A stretch of 64,000 nucleotides of DNA, from positions 192,001 to 256,000 of the forward strand of contig CAWDDT010000011.1 in assembly GCA_963801165.1 (NCBI GenBank). The letters are read 5' to 3'. Shown here piece after piece: positions 18,067-28,702 of the stretch. Position numbers and translations under genes: made by a program. The notes below the pieces were generated by a model that saw only the letters and a list, made by a program, of their open reading frames with translations, did not search any database and was not told the origin of the DNA. The stretch comes from an uncultured bacterium. GTDB taxonomy: Bacteria; Actinomycetota; Acidimicrobiia; Spongiisociales; UBA5794. Within the stretch, counting starts at the first letter, position 1. The number at the start of each line of letters is the position of its first letter.

Positions 18067-19602
18067 TCAGAACCCGGCTACGAATACCTTGGTCATCTCG
18101 CCGAGGTGGGAAAGGATGCCGGGGAAGAAACCGACCAGGATCACCGCAACGGCGGTAATGCCGAGGGCCAGACCGAGCGCTGGGGAGACACTGTCGGTAC
18201 GCGCCTCACCGGAGAGCACGTCCTCGGGCACCGAGTCGAACCATGCCGACTTGACCACCCGCGAGTAGTACACAAACCCGATCACCGAGTTGACGGCGGC
18301 GATGATGGCAAGGGCGATCGTCCAGCCGTTGCCGACGCTGATGAGCGAGCGGAACATCACGAACTTGGCGAACCAACCGCCCAGCGGGGGCACCCCGGCC
18401 AGGGAGAGGAAGAACACCAGCGTCAGCCCGGCAAGACCGGGGGCGTACTGGTAGAGGCCGCCCCAGTCGTCGATCTCGGCGGAGCCGATCCGCTTGGCGA
18501 CTGCGATGACGACGGCAAACGCACCCAGGTTCATGATGGCGTAGATGAGCAGGTAGGTCACGGTCGCAAAGAACGCATCTTCGAGCTGGGCACCGGTGAC
18601 GCCCGAGACGACGGCTGCGCCGAACGGGGCGAGGATGAAGCCACCCTGAGCTATCGACGAGTAGCCGAGCATACGGATGACGTTGCTCTGACGCAGAGCA
18701 GTCAGATTGCCGAGGGTCATCGACAGCGCCGCCAGGATCCACAGAGCCGGCCCCCAGATGTTGCGCAGGTCGGCGAAAGCGGCGTAGGCGAAAACGAGCA
18801 TGCCGACAAAACCGGCTGCCTTCGACACCACCGACAGGTAAGCGGTGACGGGCGCCGGGGCACCCTCGTAGGTGTCCGGCGTCCAGAAGTGGAATGGAAC
18901 TGCGGAGATCTTGAAAGCGAAGCCGAGCAGCGTGAACAGAACGCCGAGCGTGAGCAGCGGCGCGTCGACGTACCCCGCATCGGCCAGCTGGCCGGCGATG
19001 ACCGCCTCCCGGATCCCGGAGAAGGTGAGTTGGCCGGTGACGCCGTAGACGAGCGACATGCCGAACAGCATGATCGAGGCCGACAACACCCCGATGATGA
19101 AGTACTTGAGGGCCGCCTCCTGGGACCTGCGGTTGGATTTACGCCAGCCGGCGAGCAGGAAAGTCGGGCCGGTCACCAACTCCAGTGAGACGAAGATCGT
19201 CACCAGGCCCCGGGCCGAGGCCATGGTCACCGCACCGAGCACCGAGGCCAGCATCAGGAAGTAGAACTCGCCCTCCCAGTAACGGCCCTTCTCTAGATAT
19301 CCCGTGGAGATCAGCAACGCCAGGAAGGCAGCCCCGAGGAACAGGCCCTTGAGCACCAGCGAGAAGGTGTCGACGACGTAGGACCCGTCGAACATCGTCC
19401 GTGCCCCCTCGTAGTCGCAGAACGACAGCGAGTTGCACAGCCCGAGGGTGAGCAGGGGGATGAACGCCAGAAACAGACCCACCAGCCCGACAACGGCGGT
19501 CCACGCCTTGCGCACGGGCAGCATATCCACCACGAGCACACCGAGAACGGTCACCGCCAGGATGATTTCGGGCGCCAGCGCGTGGTAGTCGATGAGGTTC
19601 AC
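18067..19602 (-). CDS. nuoN: NADH-quinone oxidoreductase subunit N (11-subunit cluster)
   Basis: EAALKYF, FKISAVPFHFWTPDTYEGAP, SLAGVPPLGGWFAK. Confidence 0.95.
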   Translation of the reverse strand: MNLIDYHALAPEIILAVTVLGVLVVDMLPVRKAWTAVVGLVGLFLAFIPLLTLGLCNSLSFCDYEGARTMFDGSYVVDTFSLVLKGLFLGAAFLALLISTGYLEKGRYWEGEFYFLMLASVLGAVTMASARGLVTIFVSLELVTGPTFLLAGWRKSNRRSQEAALKYFIIGVLSASIMLFGMSLVYGVTGQLTFSGIREAVIAGQLADAGYVDAPLLTLGVLFTLLGFAFKISAVPFHFWTPDTYEGAPAPVTAYLSVVSKAAGFVGMLVFAYAAFADLRNIWGPALWILAALSMTLGNLTALRQSNVIRMLGYSSIAQGGFILAPFGAAVVSGVTGAQLEDAFFATVTYLLIYAIMNLGAFAVVIAVAKRIGSAEIDDWGGLYQYAPGLAGLTLVFFLSLAGVPPLGGWFAKFVMFRSLISVGNGWTIALAIIAAVNSVIGFVYYSRVVKSAWFDSVPEDVLSGEARTDSVSPALGLALGITAVAVILVGFFPGILSHLGEMTKVFVAGF

Positions 19603-19605
19603 CGA

Positions 19606-21183
19606 TCAGCCTCCAAAGACCTTGGCGACGAGTTGATGGACCGCATCGTTCGTCGCCCCGAAGATGATCCGGGGGAAGATTCCGATGGCGACTGTTGCCA
19701 CCACCAGCGGAACCCACGCCGCCAGCTCGTACCGGTCGACGTCGTGCAGATCGTGACCCTCCCACTCGGCCGACGGCTCACCGAAGTTCACCCGCTGCAA
19801 CATCCACAGCAGATAGCCGGCGGCCAGCACCGTGCCGACGGCGCCGATGACCATCAGCGTTCGGAACAGCGTGGTGGACAGGCCGTGCAGCGGGTTGAAC
19901 GCGGCCAGCAACGAGAGGAACTCGCCCCAGAACCCGGCGAGCCCGGGCAGCCCGAGCGAGGCGATGGCGGTGAAGCCGAGGATGCCGCCCATGATCGGCA
20001 TCAGCTTCTGGTTGCCACCGAGACGAGAGATCTCTCGCGTGTGGTAGCGGTGCGACATCGAACCGGCCACGAAGAACAGCAGACCGGTAATGACACCGTG
20101 GGCGACCATCCCGATGATGGCGGCGTTGATGCCGATGTCGGTCAGGGTGGCGATGCCGAGCATGACAAACCCCATGTGCCCGACCGAAGAGAACGCGATG
20201 AGGCGTTTCATGTCGGTCTGGGCGAGACACGCCAGAGAGGCGTAGATGATGCCGACCACAGCCAGGATGGCGATGACCGGCGCCCAGTTCTGCGCCTGCT
20301 CGGGGAGGATCGGGATGGCGATCCGGATGAAGGCGTATGTGCCCAGCTTCAGCAGGATGGCAGCAAGCAGCACCGAGCCGACCGTGGGGGCGGCGGTGTG
20401 AGCATCGGGCAGCCAGGTGTGCAGCGGGAACATCGGCACCTTGACGGCAAAGCCGAGGAACAGGGCGGCGAACACCCAGACCGCGAGGCTACCGAGGGCC
20501 GCCTCGGCGTGCCCACCTTCGGCTAGAGCCTGCATGTCGAACGTGTTGAGCCCGCTCTTGAAGTAGAGGGTGAGGAAACCGAGCAGCATGAAGGCCGAGC
20601 CGAACAGGGTGAACAGGAAGAACTTGATGCTGGCGTAGAGACGCATCTCGGTCTCGAGCCCGAGTACCGGCACGATGACCTTGTTGCGGTCACCCCAGAT
20701 GCCGATCATGAAGTACATCGGCAGCAGCACGACCTCGAAGAACACGAAGAACAGGATCAGGTCGAGGGCTACGAACGTGCCGTTCATGCCGGTGGCGAGC
20801 ACCAGGATCAGCGCCGAGAAGATCTTCGGGTTGTGCGGCTCGGGCCAGTGGTCCCACGAGTAGATGATCGCCAGCACCGTCATGAAGGTGGAGAGCACGA
20901 GCAGCGGGAGGCTGATCCCGTCGATGCCGATCGAGTAGTTCGAGTTGATGGCGCCGATCCAGGTCAAGGTCGAGTCGGGACCGAACTGGATTCTATGAGC
21001 TGCGCCGTAGTCGAACTGGAACGCGACTATCACCGACAGGACAAACGAGCCACCTGCAAAGAGCAGTGCCGTCCACTTCTGGGCTTCTTCCTGCGCCTTC
21101 GGTATTGCCAGTACGGCCGCCGCTCCGACCAGTGGCAGAAAGACGATCAGGGTCAGAGCCCAACCGTTTTCAAACGAACTCAT
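19606..21183 (-). CDS. nuoM: NADH-quinone oxidoreductase subunit M (11-subunit cluster)
   Basis: DGISL, FFEVVLLPMY, AVKVPMFPLHTWLPDAH, DMKRLIAFSSVGHMG. Confidence 0.95.
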   Translation of the reverse strand: MSSFENGWALTLIVFLPLVGAAAVLAIPKAQEEAQKWTALLFAGGSFVLSVIVAFQFDYGAAHRIQFGPDSTLTWIGAINSNYSIGIDGISLPLLVLSTFMTVLAIIYSWDHWPEPHNPKIFSALILVLATGMNGTFVALDLILFFVFFEVVLLPMYFMIGIWGDRNKVIVPVLGLETEMRLYASIKFFLFTLFGSAFMLLGFLTLYFKSGLNTFDMQALAEGGHAEAALGSLAVWVFAALFLGFAVKVPMFPLHTWLPDAHTAAPTVGSVLLAAILLKLGTYAFIRIAIPILPEQAQNWAPVIAILAVVGIIYASLACLAQTDMKRLIAFSSVGHMGFVMLGIATLTDIGINAAIIGMVAHGVITGLLFFVAGSMSHRYHTREISRLGGNQKLMPIMGGILGFTAIASLGLPGLAGFWGEFLSLLAAFNPLHGLSTTLFRTLMVIGAVGTVLAAGYLLWMLQRVNFGEPSAEWEGHDLHDVDRYELAAWVPLVVATVAIGIFPRIIFGATNDAVHQLVAKVFGG

Positions 21184-21202
21184 GTGTACTCGTTTCCTCC
21201 TA

Positions 21203-23275
21203 TCAGAAGACTATGAATCCGGCGACGAGCACGACCACTCCCGCCACGATCAGGAACACGTATTGCTGGATGCGACCCGTCTGGAGCAGCCGGAGCATGC
21301 CACCGGAACCACCGGCCGCGGCCGCCGAGGCGTTGAAGGCCCCGTCGACACCGCGCTGGTCGAACCAGTAGACCAGCCGGGCAACCCTGGTGGCGACATA
21401 CCCGGCGCCGTTGACGACGAGGTCGATGACATACCCGTTGAACCAGTCGACCGCCCTGGCCACGGGGCCCCGGATGGGACGGACGATCCCGCCCATGTAG
21501 AAGTCGTCGATGTAGTACTTGTGCTCGAGCAGCGGGTACAGCACCGGGATGCGGAACCTGTCCCGCTCCTGCTGGGTCTCCTTGTCGGCGTACCAGAGGT
21601 AGTAGCCGATGACTATGCCGGCGAGGGCGGCCAGCGTGCCGATCCCGGCCAGCCCGAAGTTGATGGCGGTGGGGTGAAAGTCACCGGCGGGGAAGAACCG
21701 GGGCTCGACGGTCTGGGTGAACCACTCGGTGATGCCGGGGATGTTGATCAGCCCGGCCACGGTCGAGAAGAACGCCAGGGCGATCAGCGGGTAGGTCATC
21801 ACGTTCGGCGACTCGTGGGGATGGCCGTGGCCCTTGTACTCGCCGAAGAAGGACAGCGACACGGCCCGCATCATGTAGAAGGCGGTGACAAAGGCCCCGA
21901 GGATGGAGACGACCAGCACGTAGTTGGCCAGGGCGGCGCCGCCCTGGGCGGTGGTGAAGTTGTTGCCGGCATGCTGGATGCCGGCGAGGATCTCGTCCTT
22001 GGACCAGAACCCGGCGAAGGGCACCACGGCGGAGAGCGCCAGCGAGCCGATCACGAAGGTCCAGAAGGTCTTCGGCATGTATTTTCGCAGCCCACCCATG
22101 TCCGACATGTTGTTGGAGTGGACGGCATGGATCATCGACCCGGCACCGAGGAACAGCAACGACTTGAAGAAGGCGTGGGTGAACAGGTGGAACAGCCCGG
22201 CGGTGTAGGCGCCGGCGCCCATGGCGGTGACCATGTATCCGAGCTGTGACAGCGTCGAATAGGCCAGCACCTTCTTTATGTCGTCTGCTACCAGAGCCAT
22301 GAGGCCGGTGAGGAACAGGGTGAGGGTGCCGATGATGATGATGATCCAGCGGACATCGTCGGCGAAGCCGGGGGTGTTGTAGAACGGGAAAAGGCGGCCG
22401 AGCAGGTAGACACCGGCGGTGACCATCGTGGCGGCGTGCATGAGCGCCGAAACCGGGGTCGGTCCTGCCATGGCGTCCGGCAGCCAGACGTGCAGCGGGA
22501 ACTGGGCGCTCTTGCCCATCGCACCGATGAAGATGGCGACACCCGCCCAGAAGCTGTAATGCGCAAGCGGTGAGGCGAGATCGCCGCCGGAGACGACCGC
22601 CATGATGTCGGTGAACCGGAACGACCCGACGCTGAGCGCAATGATGATGGCGCCGACGAACAGGCCGACGTCCGCCACCTTGTTGACGAGGAACGCTTTG
22701 ATCGCCGCCGACGAGTTCTCGTGCTCCTCCCAGTAGTGGCCGATGAGCAGATAGGAGGCGACCCCGACCAGTTCCCACCCGACAATCAACTGGATGAGGT
22801 TCGGGGCGGACACCAGCACGAGCATGCCGCCGCCGAAGAGGGCAAACGAGCCAAAGAACCACGTGTAGCGGATGTCGCCTTCCATATAGCCCTTGGCATA
22901 AGTGAAGACGAGGAACCCGACGATACCGACGACGAGGTACATCATGATCGAGAGCCCGTCGACCATCCAGCCCCACTCCAGGGTGAAGGGCGGCCCGGAA
23001 CCGGCGGCGCCGATGTCGCCGATCGAAACTGCGCCCTGGTAAGCGATGCCCTCGTTGAGGTTGGCGATGAACAGCGCAATGCCGTAGACGGCGACGAACG
23101 CCATCGACAGCCACGCCATCCCCCACCCCTTCCACGGCGACCGCTTGCCGAATAGCACGATGGCAAACGCAGCCACCATCGGCACAACCGGGATCAGCCA
23201 GGCCCAGCGCGCCAGGGCACCACCGTCAACGGTGTGCATGGCTTCCTCAGCGGCGAGAACGAGAAGGCTGCTCAT
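21203..23275 (-). CDS. nuoL: NADH-quinone oxidoreductase subunit L (11-subunit cluster)
   Basis: [46 protein letters not shown]. Confidence 0.95.
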   Translation of the reverse strand: MSSLLVLAAEEAMHTVDGGALARWAWLIPVVPMVAAFAIVLFGKRSPWKGWGMAWLSMAFVAVYGIALFIANLNEGIAYQGAVSIGDIGAAGSGPPFTLEWGWMVDGLSIMMYLVVGIVGFLVFTYAKGYMEGDIRYTWFFGSFALFGGGMLVLVSAPNLIQLIVGWELVGVASYLLIGHYWEEHENSSAAIKAFLVNKVADVGLFVGAIIIALSVGSFRFTDIMAVVSGGDLASPLAHYSFWAGVAIFIGAMGKSAQFPLHVWLPDAMAGPTPVSALMHAATMVTAGVYLLGRLFPFYNTPGFADDVRWIIIIIGTLTLFLTGLMALVADDIKKVLAYSTLSQLGYMVTAMGAGAYTAGLFHLFTHAFFKSLLFLGAGSMIHAVHSNNMSDMGGLRKYMPKTFWTFVIGSLALSAVVPFAGFWSKDEILAGIQHAGNNFTTAQGGAALANYVLVVSILGAFVTAFYMMRAVSLSFFGEYKGHGHPHESPNVMTYPLIALAFFSTVAGLINIPGITEWFTQTVEPRFFPAGDFHPTAINFGLAGIGTLAALAGIVIGYYLWYADKETQQERDRFRIPVLYPLLEHKYYIDDFYMGGIVRPIRGPVARAVDWFNGYVIDLVVNGAGYVATRVARLVYWFDQRGVDGAFNASAAAAGGSGGMLRLLQTGRIQQYVFLIVAGVVVLVAGFIVF

Positions 23276-23577
23276 AGCTTCATTAGGTCCAGTTCGTCGA
23301 CGTTGGCGGTGCGCCGGTTGCGGTAGATCAGCAGCACGATGGCGAGGCCGATGCCCACTTCGGCGGCGGCAACGGCGATGACGAACAGAGCGAAGACCTG
23401 GCCGCCTGCAAGCGCGTCCTGGATGACTCGATCGAACGTGACGAGGTTGATGTTCACCGCCGCCAGCATCAGCTCGACCGACAACAACACCAACACAGCA
23501 TTACGCCGTGCGAGGACCCCATAAACCCCGATGGAGAACAAAACCGCACCCAGCAAGAGGAACTGATTGATGATCAT
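23272..23577 (-). CDS. nuoK: NADH-quinone oxidoreductase subunit K (11-subunit cluster)
   Basis: [10 protein letters not shown]...RRNA...ELML...[12 protein letters not shown]. Confidence 0.93.
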   Translation of the reverse strand: MIINQFLLLGAVLFSIGVYGVLARRNAVLVLLSVELMLAAVNINLVTFDRVIQDALAGGQVFALFVIAVAAAEVGIGLAIVLLIYRNRRTANVDELDLMKL

Positions 23578-23729
23578 GTTCTCTTCTCCCTCTGGGAGAA
23601 GTGCCTGAGCGAAGCGAAAGGCGATGAGGGCCGTGCAAATAGAGCGCTCACAACAGCACCCCCATTCCTTCCCCCTCTGGGGGGAAGTGCCTGAGCGAAG
23701 CGATAGGCGATGGGGGCCTTGTCCCTCAC
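23574..23729 (-). other. Repeat-derived relay ORF (51 aa) containing two family A repeats (23583-23718)
   Basis: The GTG overlaps the nuoJ stop (GTGA); [11 protein letters not shown]...[11 protein letters not shown]; the TGA overlaps the nuoK ATG (ATGA). Confidence 0.55.
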
Positions 23730-24292
23730 AACAGCACCCCCTCTTCCTCCACGGTGGGATCCCGGCGTGCCAGGACGATGCCGCCGATGAGGGCGGCCAA
23801 CAGCACGAAGGACACCACCTCGAACGGGATGACGAAGCGCTCGAAGATCGACTGGCCGACGTCGCCGGCACGGGTGGGATCGACCGCGGGTGGCAGCTTG
23901 TCGCCACCGTAGGCGTCGAGCATGGAACCGCCGATGAGAAGGAAGAGAGCCCCCGAAGCGAGGGCGGCACCGATCTGTACCCGCGGTGGATGGCTGAGCT
24001 TGGTCTCGTGACCCATCGGCGCCCGCGTGATCATGATCCCGAACAGGAACAGAACGACGATGGCTCCGATGTAGACGAGGACGACGGTCCAGGCGACGAA
24101 CTCGGCGCCGAGCAGCAGGAAGATCGCCGCCGAGCCACCCAGGGTGATGACGAGGTAGAGGGCGGCGTGGACCACGTTCTTGGTGGTGACGACCCGGATC
24201 GCTCCGTAGACCATGGCTATCGCCAGCACGGCGAAGATCCAGTTCTCCAGCTCGCCGATCCAGTCGCCGAATGACACAGCCAGCACGATCAC
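23726..24292 (-). CDS. nuoJ: NADH-quinone oxidoreductase subunit J (11-subunit cluster)
   Basis: [45 protein letters not shown]. Confidence 0.93.
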   Translation of the reverse strand: MIVLAVSFGDWIGELENWIFAVLAIAMVYGAIRVVTTKNVVHAALYLVITLGGSAAIFLLLGAEFVAWTVVLVYIGAIVVLFLFGIMITRAPMGHETKLSHPPRVQIGAALASGALFLLIGGSMLDAYGGDKLPPAVDPTRAGDVGQSIFERFVIPFEVVSFVLLAALIGGIVLARRDPTVEEEGVLL

Positions 24293-24750
24293 TTCTCCAG
24301 AGCCGGGGGTTCGGGGACGGTCTGCAGCCACTCAACGAGCTTGTCCTTCTCGTGGAGCAGATCGGAGATCTTGTATTCGCCGTACTCGTACTCGGGGCTC
24401 CAGTACAGGGCGTCGAAGGGGCACACCTCGACGCAGATCCCGCAGTACATGCACAGGCCGTAGTCGATGTCGAAGCGGTCGAGCTCGTTGCGGGTGCGTA
24501 CCCGCCCGCCCGGCTTGTCGGACGGGATCGCAACCTTGTGCGCCTCGATGTAAATGCACCAGTCGGGGCATTCCCGGACACAGAGCATGCATGAGGTGCA
24601 ATTGTCGGTGTCGAGAGCGATGACGCCGCGGGCCCGGGGCGCCGGAGTCTCCTTGACGTCCGGGTACATCACCGTGACCGGCTTCCTGAACAACGTCTTG
24701 ATGGTGACCCACAGGCCCTTGAACAAACCGATGAGCGGGAACTTGACCAT
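24289..24750 (-). CDS. nuoI: NADH-quinone oxidoreductase subunit I (11-subunit cluster)
   Basis: Two ferredoxin motifs, [12 protein letters not shown] and [12 protein letters not shown]. Confidence 0.93.
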   Translation of the reverse strand: MVKFPLIGLFKGLWVTIKTLFRKPVTVMYPDVKETPAPRARGVIALDTDNCTSCMLCVRECPDWCIYIEAHKVAIPSDKPGGRVRTRNELDRFDIDYGLCMYCGICVEVCPFDALYWSPEYEYGEYKISDLLHEKDKLVEWLQTVPEPPALEK

Positions 24751-25742
24751 TACAGGACCACCTTCAGGGTCGCTGTGATCACGATGTTGAACAGAGCCAG
24801 CGGGATCAGCCACTTCCAGGCAATGGCCTGGAGCTGATCTTCCCGGATGCGGGGATAGGTCCACCGGATCCAGATCATGAGGAACGCCACAACGAAGATC
24901 TTGACCAGCAGGATGACCGGCCCGGCGAACTTGAGAGCATCGCTGCTCAAGCCGGGCGCCCAGTATCCGCCCAGATACAGCGTCGCGATGATGGCTCCCA
25001 TCGACACCATGCCGGCGTACTCGCCGAGGAAGAACATGGTGAAACGCAGACCCGAGTATTCGGTGAGATATCCCATGGTCAGCTCGGACTCGGCGAGCGG
25101 CAGATCGAATGGGGTGCGGTTGAGCTCGGCGAGGCTGGCGACGAGAAACACAACAAAGCCGATGATCTGGGGAACCACAAACGGCAGCGACGTGGCGGCC
25201 TGGGCGTTGACGATGCCGCTGAGCGACAGGGTGCCTGCCTCGATGACGACGGCGACAACGGCCAGTACCAGCGGCAGCTCGTAGGCGATGAGCTGGGCGC
25301 CGGCCCGAACTCCGCCGATCAGGGAGTATTTGTTGCCGGACGACCAACCGGCCATGAGCACGCCGAGGGTCGACAGCGAAGACACCGCCAGCAGGTAGAA
25401 GGCACCGATGTCGAGGTCGCGGGCGACGAGACTCGGCCCGATCGGGATCACGACGAACACGGCCAGCGTGCCCGCGATCATCACATAGGGGGCAAGCCGG
25501 AACACCGGACCGTCGGCGGCCGTCGGCACCAGATCCTCCTTCTGGAGGAACTTGACAGCGTCGGCGAGCGGTTGTGCCCATCCCCACCGGCCACCTGCGT
25601 ACCAGGGGCCGACCCGGGCCTGGATGTGGGCACCCCATTTCAGTTCACCCCAGATGAGTACGAGGGCCACTACCAGCATCGCCGCCAGCACGACGACCAC
25701 CTTGAAGGTGAGCATGAGAGCGAAGGGGACGTTCTCGATCAT
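24750..25742 (-). CDS. nuoH: NADH-quinone oxidoreductase subunit H (11-subunit cluster)
   Basis: [46 protein letters not shown]. Confidence 0.95.
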   Translation of the reverse strand: MIENVPFALMLTFKVVVVLAAMLVVALVLIWGELKWGAHIQARVGPWYAGGRWGWAQPLADAVKFLQKEDLVPTAADGPVFRLAPYVMIAGTLAVFVVIPIGPSLVARDLDIGAFYLLAVSSLSTLGVLMAGWSSGNKYSLIGGVRAGAQLIAYELPLVLAVVAVVIEAGTLSLSGIVNAQAATSLPFVVPQIIGFVVFLVASLAELNRTPFDLPLAESELTMGYLTEYSGLRFTMFFLGEYAGMVSMGAIIATLYLGGYWAPGLSSDALKFAGPVILLVKIFVVAFLMIWIRWTYPRIREDQLQAIAWKWLIPLALFNIVITATLKVVL

Positions 25743-26935
25743 CGGTCGACGTCCCCCAGCACGAAGTCGAGGCTGCCCATGGAAGCCACCAGGTCCGGGA
25801 TGAGCAGGCCCACGGCAACCTTGCTCATGACAGAAATATTGGAGAACGAGCCGGTGCGGATCTTGACCCGGTACGGAATACGACCGCCCTGGGAGACGAC
25901 GTAATAGCCCATCTCACCCTTCGGGTTCTCGGCGCGCACGTAGACGCGGCCTGCGGGCACCTTGAGGACACGCGGCACCTTGGCCACCAGCGGGCCGGCC
26001 GGGACCGAGTGGATGGCTTGACGCACGATCTTGACAGATTCCCTGATCTCGCCGATACGAACCAGGTAGCGGGAGAAGGCGTCGCAGCCATCCTGGGTGA
26101 TGACGTCGAAGTCGAGCCCGTCGTACGGCAGCAGGTCGTGCTCGACCTTGCGCAGATCGATGGGGACACCCGACCCTCTGGCGTTTGGCCCGGAGACACC
26201 GAAGGCGATGGCGTCTTCGTAACTGATGATGCCGACGCCCTTGGTCCGCATCTGGATCATCTCGTTGCCGGTGACCAGCTCGTCGAGCTCCTCACACGAT
26301 CGCTCGATGCGATCCATGGCGGATTCGACTGCGGCGTAGAAGCCGGCGGGCAGATCGAGGCTGACGTTCTTCTGTGTCTTGCCGCCGCCGGCCGCCGGCT
26401 TGATGCCGCCGACCCGGTTGAAGTTCGGGTGGAAGCGGCCACCGGTAACGCTCTCGAGGAGGTCCAGCACGTACTCGCGGTCGCGCATGGCGTACATGAG
26501 CGGCGTGAAGGCCCCCAGCTCGAGAGGGAAGGACGAGGCAAACAGCAGATGGTTGGAGATGCGCGTCAGCTCAGTGAGGATGAGCCGGATCATCTGCGCC
26601 CGCTCGGTGGGCTCGATGCCCATGAGCTTCTCGACGGCACGGACGAAAGCGACCTCGTTGGCGAACCCGGATACCCAGTCGATGCGGTTGATCAACGCCA
26701 TGATCTGTGCGTAGGTGCGCACCTCGGTGAGCTTCTCGTAGCCGCGGTGCATGTAACCGATGTTGGGGTCGAGCTTGGTGATCCGTTCCCCGTCGACCTG
26801 AGCGACGAGACGAAGCACGCCGTGGGTGGATGGGTGCTGGGGACCGATGTTGAGGGTCATCGACTCGCCCCGTAGCTCTACCGAGACACCCCCGTCGGAG
26901 ACCTCGACGATGCCGCGATGATCGAGCTGGGTCAT
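25739..26935 (-). CDS. nuoD: NADH-quinone oxidoreductase subunit D (11-subunit cluster)
   Basis: NIGPQHPSTHGVLRL, GYMHRGYEK, ENPKGE, GDVDR. Confidence 0.95.
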   Translation of the reverse strand: MTQLDHRGIVEVSDGGVSVELRGESMTLNIGPQHPSTHGVLRLVAQVDGERITKLDPNIGYMHRGYEKLTEVRTYAQIMALINRIDWVSGFANEVAFVRAVEKLMGIEPTERAQMIRLILTELTRISNHLLFASSFPLELGAFTPLMYAMRDREYVLDLLESVTGGRFHPNFNRVGGIKPAAGGGKTQKNVSLDLPAGFYAAVESAMDRIERSCEELDELVTGNEMIQMRTKGVGIISYEDAIAFGVSGPNARGSGVPIDLRKVEHDLLPYDGLDFDVITQDGCDAFSRYLVRIGEIRESVKIVRQAIHSVPAGPLVAKVPRVLKVPAGRVYVRAENPKGEMGYYVVSQGGRIPYRVKIRTGSFSNISVMSKVAVGLLIPDLVASMGSLDFVLGDVDR

Positions 26936-27582
26936 GAGCCCTCCTCCCCATCGGTCTCCTGGGCCGCGGCCTCGACATTCTCGACGGAGGGCATGTCCTC
27001 GACGTCGACGTGACCCGGCCACGGTTTCACCTCGCGGGCGCCGAGGGCGAACGACTTGCGCAAGGGATGGCCTTCGAACTCCTGCGGCAGGTAGAGCTTG
27101 ATGAGGTTGGGGTGACCGCGGAAGTCGATGCCGAACATCTCGGCGCATTCCCTCTCGTGCCAGGCCGCACCGGTGTACACGGGAACCAGGCTGTCGAGCC
27201 GGGCATCATCCTTGGCGAGGGTGGTGACCAGAATCGCGGCCGTGTCGGCAACGGGCGACGACAGCCGGCACAGCACCTCGTATCGCTCCTCGAGGTTGTC
27301 GACGTCTGCGGCCGGTTCTCCAACGGCCACCTCTTTCGACCAGTCGATGGCCGACAACCAGGAGAAGAACCCGAGCTCGGCTTCGTCCCGGGCGGTAATG
27401 GCGGCGTCGACCCACTTGTCACGGGTCACGTAGACGTGGACGGTACCGTTGTCCGCCGTCCAGCTCTCGGCGCCCACCCTGGCCGCCAGATCGGCGGCGA
27501 ACACGTCGAGCGAAGATACGCTTTCGAGCGCGGATACGCCTTCGAGAGGTGATTCGGCTGTCTCAGACGGGTTGTCGGTCAC
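26932..27582 (-). CDS. nuoC: NADH-quinone oxidoreductase subunit C (11-subunit cluster)
   Basis: [28 protein letters not shown]. Confidence 0.92.
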   Translation of the reverse strand: MTDNPSETAESPLEGVSALESVSSLDVFAADLAARVGAESWTADNGTVHVYVTRDKWVDAAITARDEAELGFFSWLSAIDWSKEVAVGEPAADVDNLEERYEVLCRLSSPVADTAAILVTTLAKDDARLDSLVPVYTGAAWHERECAEMFGIDFRGHPNLIKLYLPQEFEGHPLRKSFALGAREVKPWPGHVDVEDMPSVENVEAAAQETDGEEGS

Positions 27583-28060
27583 GCTCGGTCCACTTCTGCT
27601 GCGGGTCTTCACTCATGATCTTCTGCTGGAGAAGGATGATGCCCTCCATGAGCGCCTCGGGTCGCGGCGGGCAGCCGGGCACGTAGACATCGACCGGGAT
27701 GATCTGGTCGACACCGTTTGTGACCGAGTAGGAGTCCCAGTACGGGCCGCCACAGTTGGCACACGATCCCATCGAGATGACGTACTTGGGATCGGCCATC
27801 TGGTCGTAGAGACGTTTGATGGCAGGGGCCATCTTGTCGGTGACCGTGCCGGCAACAACCATGAGGTCGGCTTGCCGGGGCGATGCCGGGAACGGGATGA
27901 CCCCGAAACGCATCATGTCGAACCGGGGAGCCGCCGCCGCCATCATCTCGATGGCGCAGCAGGCGAGACCGAAGTTGAACATCCAGAGGCTGTATTTACG
28001 TGACCAATTGAGCAGCCACGACACCGGTTTGGGCGTGCCGAACTTGTCGATTACTCCCAC
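27563..28060 (-). CDS. nuoB: NADH-quinone oxidoreductase subunit B (11-subunit cluster)
   Basis: [32 protein letters not shown]. Confidence 0.95.
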   Translation of the reverse strand: MGVIDKFGTPKPVSWLLNWSRKYSLWMFNFGLACCAIEMMAAAAPRFDMMRFGVIPFPASPRQADLMVVAGTVTDKMAPAIKRLYDQMADPKYVISMGSCANCGGPYWDSYSVTNGVDQIIPVDVYVPGCPPRPEALMEGIILLQQKIMSEDPQQKWTERDRQPV

Positions 28061-28434
28061 TTGAGGACCCCTTTGCGGATCGCATAAACGAGTCCGAGCA
28101 GCAGGATGGCGATGAAGGCGAACATCTCGATGAGGATGTAACCGCCAAGGTCCGCGTTGGCGAACGCCTCGACCCGCAACGCCCACGGGAAGATGAAGAC
28201 CGCCTCGACATCGAAGACGAGGAACAAGAGGGCGAAGATGTAGTAGCGAATGTGGGTCTGGTTCCATCCGTCACCGGTGGCCACGATGCCGCACTCGTAG
28301 ATCTCGGACTTGGTGGGGTTCGGATTCTTGGGCCGAAGCAGCCCGGCGGTGACGAGCCCGACACCTACGAGGAGCGCTCCGCCAACGAGAAAGAAGGCGA
28401 CGGTGATGTAGTCACCGAAGTATTGGTCCAGCAC
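28051..28434 (-). CDS. nuoA: NADH-quinone oxidoreductase subunit A (11-subunit cluster)
   Basis: YECG, FLVFDVE, KGVLKW; GTG start with RBS. Confidence 0.93.
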   Translation of the reverse strand: MLDQYFGDYITVAFFLVGGALLVGVGLVTAGLLRPKNPNPTKSEIYECGIVATGDGWNQTHIRYYIFALLFLVFDVEAVFIFPWALRVEAFANADLGGYILIEMFAFIAILLLGLVYAIRKGVLKWE

Positions 28435-28485
28435 CCAGGCCCCTTCCGTACGCTCCAAAAACGGGCCCTCCGACCCGCCCGGGCG

Positions 28486-28491
28486 AGTATA
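28486..28491 (-). promoter_or_regulatory. Putative -10 (TATACT) of the 11-subunit nuo operon
   Basis: TANNNT hexamer about 50 nt upstream of the nuoA start. Confidence 0.45.
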
Positions 28492-28702
28492 GGTATCTCA
28501 GAATGTGGTCCCAAGCCATCGACGTTTAGGCAACGGTCGCCGCCGGGCGGCACGTCTGCAGCGATTCGGGAGGTGCTGACCAATTCCGTTCAGCACATTG
28601 CTAGGAGGGTGGTGAAGAATCACGGTGAAGGCTCGCAGTGCCCGATGAATCATTGTCTTCGAGCATGCTATCGAGCCTGAACTCGAATTACTCAGCACAC
28701 TC

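Noticed and set aside
28610-28626. Rex/CRP operator upstream of the 11-subunit nuo operon (gtgaagaatcac)
   Set aside because: Half-site spacing is 4 rather than 6 and the flanks do not match.
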